From Candidatus Omnitrophota bacterium (GTDB taxonomy: Bacteria; Omnitrophota; Gorgyraeia; 1-14-0-20-64-10), in assembly GCA_023248155.1 (NCBI GenBank), contig JAHFFE010000003.1, positions 108-64,107 on the forward strand: 64,000 nt of DNA, read 5' to 3'. The notes under the pieces were generated by a model that did no database searches, was not told the origin of the DNA, and saw only the letters and a list, made by a program, of their open reading frames with translations. A program made the translations under genes and the position numbers. Numbering within the stretch: position 1 is the stretch's first letter; every line of letters begins with the position of its first letter. Of this stretch, positions 37,826 through 46,296 are shown one piece after another.

Positions 37826-38422
37826 TTAAATAATAGTTGCCGCCATCATCGCCGCCATATAATCCGCAAAAGTCATTCCGTACATCGCCAGGAACTGATC
37901 GTCGATATCAATATCTCCGTCTCCATCGAAATCAGTATCAGTGCTCGTGATATCGACAGTATCTTCCATGTCGGTTTCATTGATCACGTCATCGGTATCC
38001 GTCGTATCGGTGATGTCGATTTCCGGCTCGATGAAAGCGGCTTCAGCCGCCGGAGGTTCAACTACCAGAGCAGTTTCTACCGGAGGAGCCGTTGTTTCCG
38101 CGGCGGCGGCAGGCGCTGCCGGGGCTGTCACTATTACGGCCGCGGGTGGAGCAATCACGGTGACCACCGTGGTCGGAGCCGGAGTCACGGCAGCTGGAGC
38201 AACGAACGCGGCCGCGGCCGCTTGAGCCGGGTTCATGGCCATGGCAACGGCTTGCATCGCTTCCAACGCCGGATCTTTGGCCGTTGGGTTCATTGTATTG
38301 GACTGCGGGATAACGGCCGCCGTTTCGGTGGACGGAGGCGCCATCATCGCTTCTGCGTTATTAGTGAAGATCGACATCGTAGTGAAAGTAACGGTCAAAA
38401 TAAAAACGACAACTTTTCTCAT
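37826..38422 (-). CDS. secreted low-complexity protein with Ala/Pro/Thr-rich core and Asp-rich C-terminus
   Basis: Start at MRKVVVFILTVTFTTMSIFTNNAEA (signal peptide). The C-terminus has calcium-binding-like repeats (DTDDVINETDMEDTVDITSTDTDFDGDGDIDIDD). Confidence 0.5.
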   Translation of the reverse strand: MRKVVVFILTVTFTTMSIFTNNAEAMMAPPSTETAAVIPQSNTMNPTAKDPALEAMQAVAMAMNPAQAAAAAFVAPAAVTPAPTTVVTVIAPPAAVIVTAPAAPAAAAETTAPPVETALVVEPPAAEAAFIEPEIDITDTTDTDDVINETDMEDTVDITSTDTDFDGDGDIDIDDQFLAMYGMTFADYMAAMMAATII

Positions 38423-38550
38423 TGAAATCTCTCCTTGTTGGATAACAGATAAATAAAAAGCCGCCTTCGCTCCCCGCTGTGCGCGGGTCGCGAGAGACGG
38501 CATTGTGGTTGTACCAGTAAAGTTTTTCATTGTCTTGGTAGCCTGGCTAA

Positions 38551-38619
38551 CCGTTCTGGTTCCATGGCTTTGCGTCCCCAGATTCCTCTGGGTTTGCCTT
38601 TTTCAAGCAAACTAACTAC
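38551..38619. repeat. copy 1 of a duplicated ~65-bp intergenic motif (TGGCTTTGCG - 6-bp-stem hairpin - TTTGCCTTTTTCAAG-AAACTA)
   Basis: Aligns with 38730-38810 with identical 31-nt spacing between the two conserved blocks. The hairpin is cccaga-ttcc-tctggg. Confidence 0.55.
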
Positions 38620-38729
38620 TTAATTTATGAAGCTAAGGCGACTCTCCTTATTAACAAAAAAGCCTTGGTCAGGAACCCCTGATCAAGGCACATGATATGG
38701 CGTTTTATTGTCATATCTTGGCAGCTCGG

Positions 38730-38810
38730 CAGTCCTTTTTAGGGATCCGTGGCTTTGCGACCTTGGATTACTCCAAGTGTGCCTTTTTCAAGAAACTACA
38801 TTGCAACTGA
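38730..38810. repeat. copy 2 of the duplicated intergenic motif
   Basis: Same conserved blocks. The hairpin is cttgga-ttac-tccaag, with compensatory base changes relative to copy 1. Confidence 0.55.
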
Positions 38811-38930
38811 TTAGCTACATGGGAACTATACCTGCCGTGTAGTGAAAAAGTCAAGGGGTCGATGAAATTTTTATATCTACATAATGCTATTGATAGCAAC
38901 AGGTTATGTTCATATGATACAATAACCGCC

Positions 38931-39857
38931 ATGGAAATTCAGGACTCACCCTATTTAAAACAATTGTTTGTCTGCGTCAACAAGAAAGAGCAGGGGAAAT
39001 CGTGCTGCGCCGACAAACAGGGAGAGCTGATCCGCGATCGGCTCAAGGCTTATGTCAACGACCATGGCTTGAAGGGAAAAGTACGTGTTTCCGGATCGGG
39101 CTGCGTTGATTTTTGCGAGCAGGGTGCCAACATCATGGTTTACCCGGATTATAAGTGGTATTCGCATGTGACACCGGCCGATCTCGATAAAATCATCGAA
39201 ACGGAATTAAAACCGCTGGTGCCGGCACTCGACGCCGGTTCTTCGGGACCGAAACCGGTCCAGGCCTTTTTGTTCGATCTGGGCAATGTGTTAATCCGGT
39301 TTGATCATATGCTGGCGGCCAAACGGCTGACGAACCGCACCGCGATCCCGCCGCTGGCGCTCTATCAATTGGTGTATGAATCGCCGCTGGTGACCGATCA
39401 CGATGAAGGGCGCATTTCAACGCGCCAGTTTTACGAAGGGGTGCAGCAGCAACTGGGCGTCAAGATTCCATACGAGGAATTCGTCGATGTCTGGAACGAG
39501 ATTTTTTGGGAAGAGAAAGAGATGACCAGCCGCGTCGAGTGGCTGCTGCAAAATTATCCCGGATACCTGATCTCGAACACGAACCGTCTTCATTTTGATT
39601 ATTTGCGCCGCTGGTACCCTGTATTGGAGAAATTGAACGGCTGGATTTTATCGTACGAAGTCGGCGCGCTCAAACCCAAGCCGGAAATTTATCAGCGCGC
39701 GCTGGAGATGATCAAGCTGCCGGCTTCGAAAGTTCTCTACATTGATGACCGCGCCGATCTGATTGAGGCCGGCCGCCGTCTCGGATTCCAGACGCACCGG
39801 TTCACCGGATGGCAGGCATTTTCGCGTGATCTGCAGACCCGCGGAATTTTCGTTTGA
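38931..39857 (+). CDS. fusion protein: thioredoxin-like [2Fe-2S] ferredoxin domain + HAD-superfamily hydrolase domain
   Basis: N-terminal domain with Cys ligands (LFVCVNKKEQGKSCC ... GSGCVDFCEQGANIMVYPDYKWY). C-terminal HAD motifs (FLFDLGNVLIRFD ... YLISNTN ... KPKPEIY ... YIDDRADLIEAG). The ORF-track start at 38862 is also possible. Confidence 0.55.
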   Translation: MEIQDSPYLKQLFVCVNKKEQGKSCCADKQGELIRDRLKAYVNDHGLKGKVRVSGSGCVDFCEQGANIMVYPDYKWYSHVTPADLDKIIETELKPLVPALDAGSSGPKPVQAFLFDLGNVLIRFDHMLAAKRLTNRTAIPPLALYQLVYESPLVTDHDEGRISTRQFYEGVQQQLGVKIPYEEFVDVWNEIFWEEKEMTSRVEWLLQNYPGYLISNTNRLHFDYLRRWYPVLEKLNGWILSYEVGALKPKPEIYQRALEMIKLPASKVLYIDDRADLIEAGRRLGFQTHRFTGWQAFSRDLQTRGIFV

Positions 39858-39923
39858 ACGATCGGGCACTGTCATTCCATTAAAATTGACTATTCGGCGG
39901 CCCTCCGCTATTCTAAAAAGAAT

Positions 39924-40808
39924 ATGTCTTCCCTAGAGTCCAACATTAAGGCCCTCATCAAGCTGCTGGGGGATGACCATCCGGATGTGGTGGAAGCGGC
40001 GCGATTAAAACTCGTTGAAATGGGCGATACGGCGCTTCCTTTCCTGGAGAAAACAGCGCTCTCCGGCGAAGATTCCAAAACGCGCGTGGAAGCCAAGCAG
40101 GTGATGGAAGGGATTCGTTTGGCATCGCTCAACCGTGATTGGGCGGCGAACGCCCGTCTTTCCGATAAGAAGCTCGATCTGGAACTGTCCGTTTTTCTGC
40201 TGGCGAAAGTATTGTATCCCGCGCTGCGGTTTGCGGAATATCAGCAGAAACTCGATGAGCTGGCTGAGAAAGTCCGCCGTAAAATCCGCTGGCTCCGGAA
40301 GCCGGAATCGCGCCTGGCTGCGATGAATGCCGTGTTGTTTGATGACGAAAAATTTCAGGGTAACTGGGGCGATTATTTTGATCCGCAGAACAGTTATCTC
40401 AACGCTGTACTCGATCGCAAGGTTGGCATCCCGATCAGCTTGTCGGTGCTGGTTCTGCTGATCGCCAAGCGAGCGAAAATTCCTCTTAAAGGCGTCGGGA
40501 TTCCGGGCCATTTCATGGTGAAATACCAGGACGATCAGCGCGAAATTTATCTGGATCCGTTTAACGGCGGCCGGATGCTGACGCGGCCTGAGTGCGTGCA
40601 GTTTATTTTGGAGGCCGGTTTCCCATATCAAAAGGAATTTCTGGAGCCTGTTTCATCGCGCGATATCCTGGGACGGATGCTGCGCAACTTGATTTTGATT
40701 TACTTGGACCGTCATGAAAAAACGCTTGAAAAAACATTGACCCGCTTCCTTGATCTAATTTATGAAGAGACGGGCTTTCAAATAAAACCGCTGGGAGAAC
40801 TTGAATAA
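39924..40808 (+). CDS. transglutaminase-like (Transglut_core2 / SirB1-family) protein
   Basis: YFDPQNSYLNAVLDRKVGIPISLSVLVLLIAKRAKIPLKGVGIPGHFMVKY resembles the SirB1/YchA family core. Confidence 0.5.
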   Translation: MSSLESNIKALIKLLGDDHPDVVEAARLKLVEMGDTALPFLEKTALSGEDSKTRVEAKQVMEGIRLASLNRDWAANARLSDKKLDLELSVFLLAKVLYPALRFAEYQQKLDELAEKVRRKIRWLRKPESRLAAMNAVLFDDEKFQGNWGDYFDPQNSYLNAVLDRKVGIPISLSVLVLLIAKRAKIPLKGVGIPGHFMVKYQDDQREIYLDPFNGGRMLTRPECVQFILEAGFPYQKEFLEPVSSRDILGRMLRNLILIYLDRHEKTLEKTLTRFLDLIYEETGFQIKPLGELE

Positions 40809-41641
40809 TGAAGATTCGGATTGGACACAGCCCCGACCCCGATGATGCCTTTTTATTTTACGGGATGACGCAGGGCAAGATTCCGCTGAACGGTTTTACC
40901 GTCGAGCATTTCCTGGACGGCATCGAAGAGTTGAATCAGCGCGCGCTGAAGGGCGAGATGGAGATGACGGCCATTTCACTGCATGCCTATCCGTACTGCG
41001 CCGATAAATACAAGATTCTGACGGCGGGGGCCAGCGTGGGCGAAGGCTACGGGCCGATCGTTGTGTCAAAAAAGCCGATGGAACTGGCCGATCTTAAGAA
41101 AGTGCGCGTCGCGGTTCCCGGAACGATGACGACCGCGTCATTGATGCTGCAGCTGGCGCTGGGGCAAGCGATGAAATTTGAAGTACTGCCGTTTGACAAG
41201 ATATTGGAGGCGGTGCGCGACGGCGCCGTCGACGCCGGTGTGATCATCCACGAGGGCCAGATCACTTATCCGGAATTCGGCGTTCATAAAATTCTCGACC
41301 TGGGAGACTGGTGGGAAAAAGAGACGAAACTTCCGGCGCCGCTCGGCGTGAATGTGGTGCGCAAGGATCTGGGCGAGAAAACGATGGTTGATCTGGCGCG
41401 GCTGTTCAAGCAGAGCCTTGATTATTCGTACGCGCACCGGCAGGAAGCGGTGGAGTACTCAATGAAATATGGGCGCGGTTTGAATGCCAGTCTGACCGAT
41501 AAATTTATCGGCATGTATGTGAACCGTTGGGCTGTTGATTGCCGGCCCGATGCCGCGCGCGCGATGCAGCTGCTGCTGGACCGTGCCGCCGACGCGAAAC
41601 TGACGCCGCGCAAGGTTCAGTTGGAATTTGTGGAGATATAA
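40808..41641 (+). CDS. menaquinone (futalosine pathway) biosynthesis protein, MqnA/MqnD family (MqnD-like)
   Basis: N-terminus MKIRIGHSPDPDDAFLFYGM resembles the MqnD SPCPNDTF region. Confidence 0.5.
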   Translation: MKIRIGHSPDPDDAFLFYGMTQGKIPLNGFTVEHFLDGIEELNQRALKGEMEMTAISLHAYPYCADKYKILTAGASVGEGYGPIVVSKKPMELADLKKVRVAVPGTMTTASLMLQLALGQAMKFEVLPFDKILEAVRDGAVDAGVIIHEGQITYPEFGVHKILDLGDWWEKETKLPAPLGVNVVRKDLGEKTMVDLARLFKQSLDYSYAHRQEAVEYSMKYGRGLNASLTDKFIGMYVNRWAVDCRPDAARAMQLLLDRAADAKLTPRKVQLEFVEI

Positions 41642-41647
41642 AGGCTG

Positions 41648-42073
41648 ATGCCTGATCCTGAAATTCGTTTATTCACGCTGGAAGAAGCAGAAGCGGTTCT
41701 GCCCGAAATTCGGACGGTTCTGAACCGTTTGCGCGGACAGAAGAAGAAGGTGGAATTGCTCGAAGACCAGAAAGCGGTCGAACAGCTGACCTGGCTGCAG
41801 CCGGACGGCAGTGTCAGCCCGAAAGCGGGCGATGCGATCGTGCGGATTGAGCGCCAGCAGTTAAAAGAAGCCAAGATGTTTACCGATCTTTTGAAGCGGG
41901 TCTCTGATCTGGGCGCGCAGTTAAAAGACCTCGACGCGGGCCTGCTCGATTTCTTTGCGATGCGCGGGGACGAGCTGGTGCTGCTTTGCTGGCGGGACGG
42001 GGAAGAGCGAATTGCTTATTGGCATGATCTGGAATCGGGTTTTCAGGGCCGGCGGCCGATAGAGGAATTTTAG
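41648..42073 (+). CDS. hypothetical protein (possibly DUF2203-like)
   Basis: 141-aa soluble, charged ORF. Family assignment is from memory only. Confidence 0.3.
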   Translation: MPDPEIRLFTLEEAEAVLPEIRTVLNRLRGQKKKVELLEDQKAVEQLTWLQPDGSVSPKAGDAIVRIERQQLKEAKMFTDLLKRVSDLGAQLKDLDAGLLDFFAMRGDELVLLCWRDGEERIAYWHDLESGFQGRRPIEEF

Positions 42074-42074
42074 A

Positions 42075-42806
42075 ATGGATATTAAAGGCAAAGTGATTTT
42101 GGTGACGGGGGGAGCAAAGCGCGTGGGCCGCGTTATTGCGGAAGGGTTGGCCGCGCGCGGCGCCTCAATCGCGATCACCTACCGGACTTCCGATGTTGAA
42201 GCGAAAGATGCGCTCCGGATGCTCCGCCGGCATGGCGTTGAGGCCGTGGCGGCATGCGTCGATCAACGAAAACCGGCGCAGATCCGTGCCGCGGTCCGTT
42301 CGATTGAAAAAGCGCTCGGTCCCGTCGATGCGTTGATTAACAGCGCTTCCAGTTTTTATCCGGTCTCGCTCGAAAAAACAACAGAAGCCGTCTGGAATGA
42401 TCTGATTGAAACCAATCTGGCCGGGCCGTTCTGGTTCGCGCAGGCGCTGGGTCCGAAAATGAAACGGCGCGGCCGCGGCAAAATTATCAATATGATTGAT
42501 GTATCGGTGGAATCACCCTGGATTGATTATCTGCCGTACTCGGCAGCCAAGGGCGGTTTGGCGACGCTGACCAAGGGATTGGCCAAGGCGTTAGCGCCGG
42601 CGGTTCAGGTGAATGGGATTTCGCCGGGGCCGATTCTGTTTCCATCCGGAATCTCGGCGGCTGAGAAAAAGAAAGTTTTGGAGAAAACCCTCTTAAAGAG
42701 GGTGGGGTCTCCGGAGGATATTTTACGGGCCGTCGTTTATCTGCTCGAATCCGATTTTGTGACGGGAATAATCATGCCGGTGGACGGAGGCCGTTTGCTT
42801 GCGTAA
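42075..42806 (+). CDS. SDR-family oxidoreductase (pteridine-reductase-like N-terminus)
   Basis: VILVTGGAKRVGRVIAEGLAARGASIAITY ... YSAAKGGLATLTKGLAKALAP (YxxxK catalytic dyad). Confidence 0.7.
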   Translation: MDIKGKVILVTGGAKRVGRVIAEGLAARGASIAITYRTSDVEAKDALRMLRRHGVEAVAACVDQRKPAQIRAAVRSIEKALGPVDALINSASSFYPVSLEKTTEAVWNDLIETNLAGPFWFAQALGPKMKRRGRGKIINMIDVSVESPWIDYLPYSAAKGGLATLTKGLAKALAPAVQVNGISPGPILFPSGISAAEKKKVLEKTLLKRVGSPEDILRAVVYLLESDFVTGIIMPVDGGRLLA

Positions 42807-43203
42807 ACCTTTAAATATTCCGATTGCCGTTATTATCGAGGGGCCGAAAATTCTCATTTCACAGCGTGCCCCCGAAGATTCATTCGGCGGCTACTGGGAA
42901 TTTCCGGGCGGCAAGGTGGAGCTGGGTGAAACGATGGAGCAGGGACTGATCCGCGAAATACAGGAAGAGTTGGGCGTGCAGATCCTCATTACGCGCAAAC
43001 GGATGATCATCACGCACCCGTATCCGCATCGCACGATCCGTTTGCATTGCTACGACTGCCAATTGACCTCCGGTGAGCCGCGCGCGATTGAATGCGCCGA
43101 TTGGAAATGGGTTTTTCCGCAGGAACTGGCCGCATTTACATTTCCGCCTGCGAGCGCACGGCTGATTCAATCATTGCAGAATCTGGAGAACAACAGCGAA
43201 TGA
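42799..43203 (+). CDS. NUDIX hydrolase (MutT-like)
   Basis: Nudix box GGKVELGETMEQGLIREIQEELGV. Confidence 0.8.
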   Translation: MRKPLNIPIAVIIEGPKILISQRAPEDSFGGYWEFPGGKVELGETMEQGLIREIQEELGVQILITRKRMIITHPYPHRTIRLHCYDCQLTSGEPRAIECADWKWVFPQELAAFTFPPASARLIQSLQNLENNSE

Positions 43204-44003
43204 ACGCGTTGCAGGGATATTTGGATACGGCCGTGAAGGCCGCTTTGTCGGGCGGCGCTATTTTGCAAAAGAATTACGGCAAGTTAAGCCGCGGCCAGGT
43301 GCATGCAAAAGGTCATCATGACTGGGTCACCGATGTGGATCATGCGTCTGAAAAAGCGGTGCTCGGCATCATCACGAAGAAATATCCGAAGCATGCGATT
43401 ATGGCCGAGGAATCAGCGCCGAAAGCGGCTATGGAGGAATGCCAATGGTTGATCGATCCGCTCGACGGAACGATCAACTACCTGCACGGGTTCCCGATGT
43501 TTTGTGTTTCAATCGCGCTGGTCTACGAGGGACAGCTGGCCGCCGGCGTTATTTATGATCCGTTCAAGAAAGAACTGTTTACCGCGCTGCGCGGCAGCGG
43601 CGCTTATTTGAATAAAAAACGGTTGAAGGTCTCGGGCCGCAAGCATCTGGAAGAATCGCTGCTGGCGACGGGGTTCCCGTTTCGCGCGCAGGACAAGCTC
43701 GATGTTTATCTGCAGTCGTTCAAGACGGTCTTCCTGAAAACCGGTTCGATTCGCCGGCCGGGTTCTGCGGCGCTCGATTTGGCCTATGTCGCTTGCGGCA
43801 GGCTCGACGGGTTCTGGGAAATGTCGCTGCAGCCCTGGGATATCGGCGCCGGCGCGCTGATGATTACAGAGGCCGGGGGCAAAGTAACCAATTTTTTTGG
43901 CAAGGAAACTTTTCTGCGCGATGGCCATGTCGCCTCGGGAAGCCCATTAATTCACAAACAGTTGTTAGAGACTATTTCACCGATCTTTCGAGGTAAAATA
44001 TAG
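43200..44003 (+). CDS. suhB: inositol monophosphatase family protein
   Basis: WLIDPLDGTINYLHGFPMFCVSIAL and WDIGAGALMITEAGG. Start taken at MNALQGYL (ATGA overlap). Confidence 0.8.
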   Translation: MNALQGYLDTAVKAALSGGAILQKNYGKLSRGQVHAKGHHDWVTDVDHASEKAVLGIITKKYPKHAIMAEESAPKAAMEECQWLIDPLDGTINYLHGFPMFCVSIALVYEGQLAAGVIYDPFKKELFTALRGSGAYLNKKRLKVSGRKHLEESLLATGFPFRAQDKLDVYLQSFKTVFLKTGSIRRPGSAALDLAYVACGRLDGFWEMSLQPWDIGAGALMITEAGGKVTNFFGKETFLRDGHVASGSPLIHKQLLETISPIFRGKI

Positions 44004-44005
44004 TT

Positions 44006-44932
44006 ATGGAGAATGTAGTGATTCTTGGATCCGGCTGCGCCGGATATACGGCCGCGGTTTACGCGGCGCGCGCGAATTTAAAACCGCTGTTAATCGGCGG
44101 TGGTCAGCCGGGCGGCCAGCTCGCGACCACCACTGAAGTGGAAAACTTTCCCGGTTTCCCGGAAGGAATTCAGGGTCCGGAATTAATGGAACGGATGCGC
44201 AAGCAGGCCGAACGGTTCGGTACCCGCTTTATGAATGCGCAGATCACGAAGGTTGATCTTTCCAAGCAGCCGTTTAAGCTCTGGGCCGAAGAGGTTGAGA
44301 TTGTTTCCCAGACGGTGATTATTGCCACAGGCGCTTCCGCCAAATACCTAGGGCTTCCGTCGGAAAAAGCGCTTCTCGGTTATGGCGTCTCAGCCTGCGC
44401 GACCTGTGACGGATTCTTTTTCCGCGGCAAGGAGATTGTCGTGGTCGGCGGCGGCGATAGCGCGATGGAAGAGGCCACTTTCCTGACGCGGTTTGCCACG
44501 AAGGTGACCGTGATTCACCGCGGCGATTCGTTCCGCGCGTCAAAAATCATGCTGGAACGGGCGAAGGCCAATCCGAAAATTCAGTGGATCATGAATACCG
44601 AAGTGCTGGAAGTCAAAGATCCGGCGAAGAAAAAAGTATCCGGTGTCCGCTTGAAGAACCGTGTTACCGGCGAGGAAAGCGATTTTGCCTGCGAGGGATT
44701 CTTTCTGGCGATCGGGCATCAGCCGAACACCGGGTTTCTGGCCGGACAGGTGGAACTCGATGCGAAAGGGTATCTGGTCATCAAGCATGGTTCGACGCAT
44801 ACCTCGGTTGAAGGGGTATTCGGCTGCGGTGATGTGCATGACATCCGCTACAAGCAGGCGATCAGCGCTGCGGGCTGGGGGTGTATGTCGGCTCTGGATT
44901 GTGAACGGTATCTGGCGGAAAAAGCATCATGA
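44006..44932 (+). CDS. trxB: thioredoxin-disulfide reductase
   Basis: ILGSGCAGYTAAVYAAR ... redox-active CATCDG ... GGGDSAMEEA. Confidence 0.9.
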   Translation: MENVVILGSGCAGYTAAVYAARANLKPLLIGGGQPGGQLATTTEVENFPGFPEGIQGPELMERMRKQAERFGTRFMNAQITKVDLSKQPFKLWAEEVEIVSQTVIIATGASAKYLGLPSEKALLGYGVSACATCDGFFFRGKEIVVVGGGDSAMEEATFLTRFATKVTVIHRGDSFRASKIMLERAKANPKIQWIMNTEVLEVKDPAKKKVSGVRLKNRVTGEESDFACEGFFLAIGHQPNTGFLAGQVELDAKGYLVIKHGSTHTSVEGVFGCGDVHDIRYKQAISAAGWGCMSALDCERYLAEKAS

Positions 44933-45693
44933 CAGACAAACTGTTTAGACTCGACGGAAAAGTGGCGCTGGTTACGGGCGCCTCGCGCGGTTTGGGAAAG
45001 GCGATGGCATTGGCGCTGGCCAGGGCCGGAGCCGATATTGCCGTGAATTCGCGGACCGCAGCGGCGCTGGCCGAGGTTGTTTCCGAAATAAAAGCGCTGG
45101 GCCGCAAAGTCATTGCGGTCCCGGGTGATGTCAGCGATGAATCGGCGGCGCAGAAAATCGCCGATGCTGTCTGTAAGCAGCTGGGCCGCATTGATATTTT
45201 GCTCAACAATGCCGGTGTGTGGGAAGGGTCCTACCTGGTCCGCCTGAAGAAAGAAGACTGGGATCATGTACTGCAGGTGAACCTGACCGGCACATTCCTG
45301 CTTTCGAAGGCGGTCGGGAAAGTAATGCTGAAGCAGAAGTCGGGCAAGATCATCAGCATGGCATCGATTCTCGGATTCAAACCGAGTCCGCAAACGCTCG
45401 CCTATTCAGCCACGAAAGCGGCTGTGATTCAGATGACGCGCATCATGGCGCTGGAACTGGGGCCTGCCGGCATTCAGGTCAACGCGATCGCGCCCGGATT
45501 TTTCTTCACCGATATGACGAAGCGGTATTCGGAAAACGAAGAAGCGATCAAGGCGTATGAAGCGAAGAGCCCCTCGCGGCGGTGCGGCCAGCCGGAAGAT
45601 TTAGAGGGAATTGTGGTTTTTCTTTCTTCAAAAGCCTCAGATCATATCACCGGACAGACGATTGCGATTGATGGCGGAGAGAGCCTGGCCTAA
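44929..45693 (+). CDS. SDR-family oxidoreductase (FabG-like)
   Basis: KVALVTGASRGLGKAMALALARAGADIAV ... YSATKAAVIQMTRIMALEL. Confidence 0.8.
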   Translation: MTDKLFRLDGKVALVTGASRGLGKAMALALARAGADIAVNSRTAAALAEVVSEIKALGRKVIAVPGDVSDESAAQKIADAVCKQLGRIDILLNNAGVWEGSYLVRLKKEDWDHVLQVNLTGTFLLSKAVGKVMLKQKSGKIISMASILGFKPSPQTLAYSATKAAVIQMTRIMALELGPAGIQVNAIAPGFFFTDMTKRYSENEEAIKAYEAKSPSRRCGQPEDLEGIVVFLSSKASDHITGQTIAIDGGESLA

Positions 45694-45699
45694 CGGCGT

Positions 45700-46296
45700 A
45701 TGGCGATTATTCTGTTTTCTGTTTTATTGGCGGGAGTAGTTCTTTTAATGTTATACGGAGGAGCCCGATCCATGAGTGTATTACTCGGAAAACAAGTAGT
45801 GATGGTGATCGCCTCCAATCAGTTTCGCGATGAAGAATATTTCACGCCGCGGAAAATTCTGGAATCCGCCGGCGCTAAAGTGACGGTGGCTTCTTCCCGC
45901 CTTGATGAAGCGACCGGAATGCTGGGCGGCAAGGTAAAGCCCGATATTCTTTTGAAGCAGGTCAATGTGCTCGATTACAGCGCCGTTGTTTTTGTGGGCG
46001 GCATGGGCGCGACTGAATACTGGGATGATCCGGTGGCGCACGCGCTGGCGAAAGCATCATTTCAGGCCGGTAAGCCGACGGCAGCCATCTGCCTGGCGCC
46101 GATGACGCTGGCCAATGCCGGCTTGCTGCAGGAAAAAAAAGCGACGATCTGGAAAGATGCGGCCGCTGAGTTCAAAGCCAAAGGCGTTAATTATACCGGC
46201 AGTCCCGTTGAAAAATCAGGCAATCTGATTACCGGGTCGGGTCCCGATGCCGCTGAGGCGTTCGGAAATTTGTTAGTCGAGGCGCTCTCATCCTGA
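45700..46296 (+). CDS. DJ-1/PfpI-family protein with N-terminal hydrophobic segment
   Basis: VVMVIASNQFRDEEYFTPRKILESAGAKVTVASS ... AICLAPMTLANAGLL. Confidence 0.65.
   Translation: MAIILFSVLLAGVVLLMLYGGARSMSVLLGKQVVMVIASNQFRDEEYFTPRKILESAGAKVTVASSRLDEATGMLGGKVKPDILLKQVNVLDYSAVVFVGGMGATEYWDDPVAHALAKASFQAGKPTAAICLAPMTLANAGLLQEKKATIWKDAAAEFKAKGVNYTGSPVEKSGNLITGSGPDAAEAFGNLLVEALSS

Noticed and set aside
38551-38810. Sigma-54 promoter (TGGCAC-N5-TTGC) reading of the TGGCTTTGCG block, or a CRISPR array
   Set aside because: GG and GC are 6 nt apart instead of ~11, so it does not fit the -24/-12 geometry. There are only two repeat copies with a 120-bp non-repetitive spacer and no cas genes, so it is not a CRISPR array.
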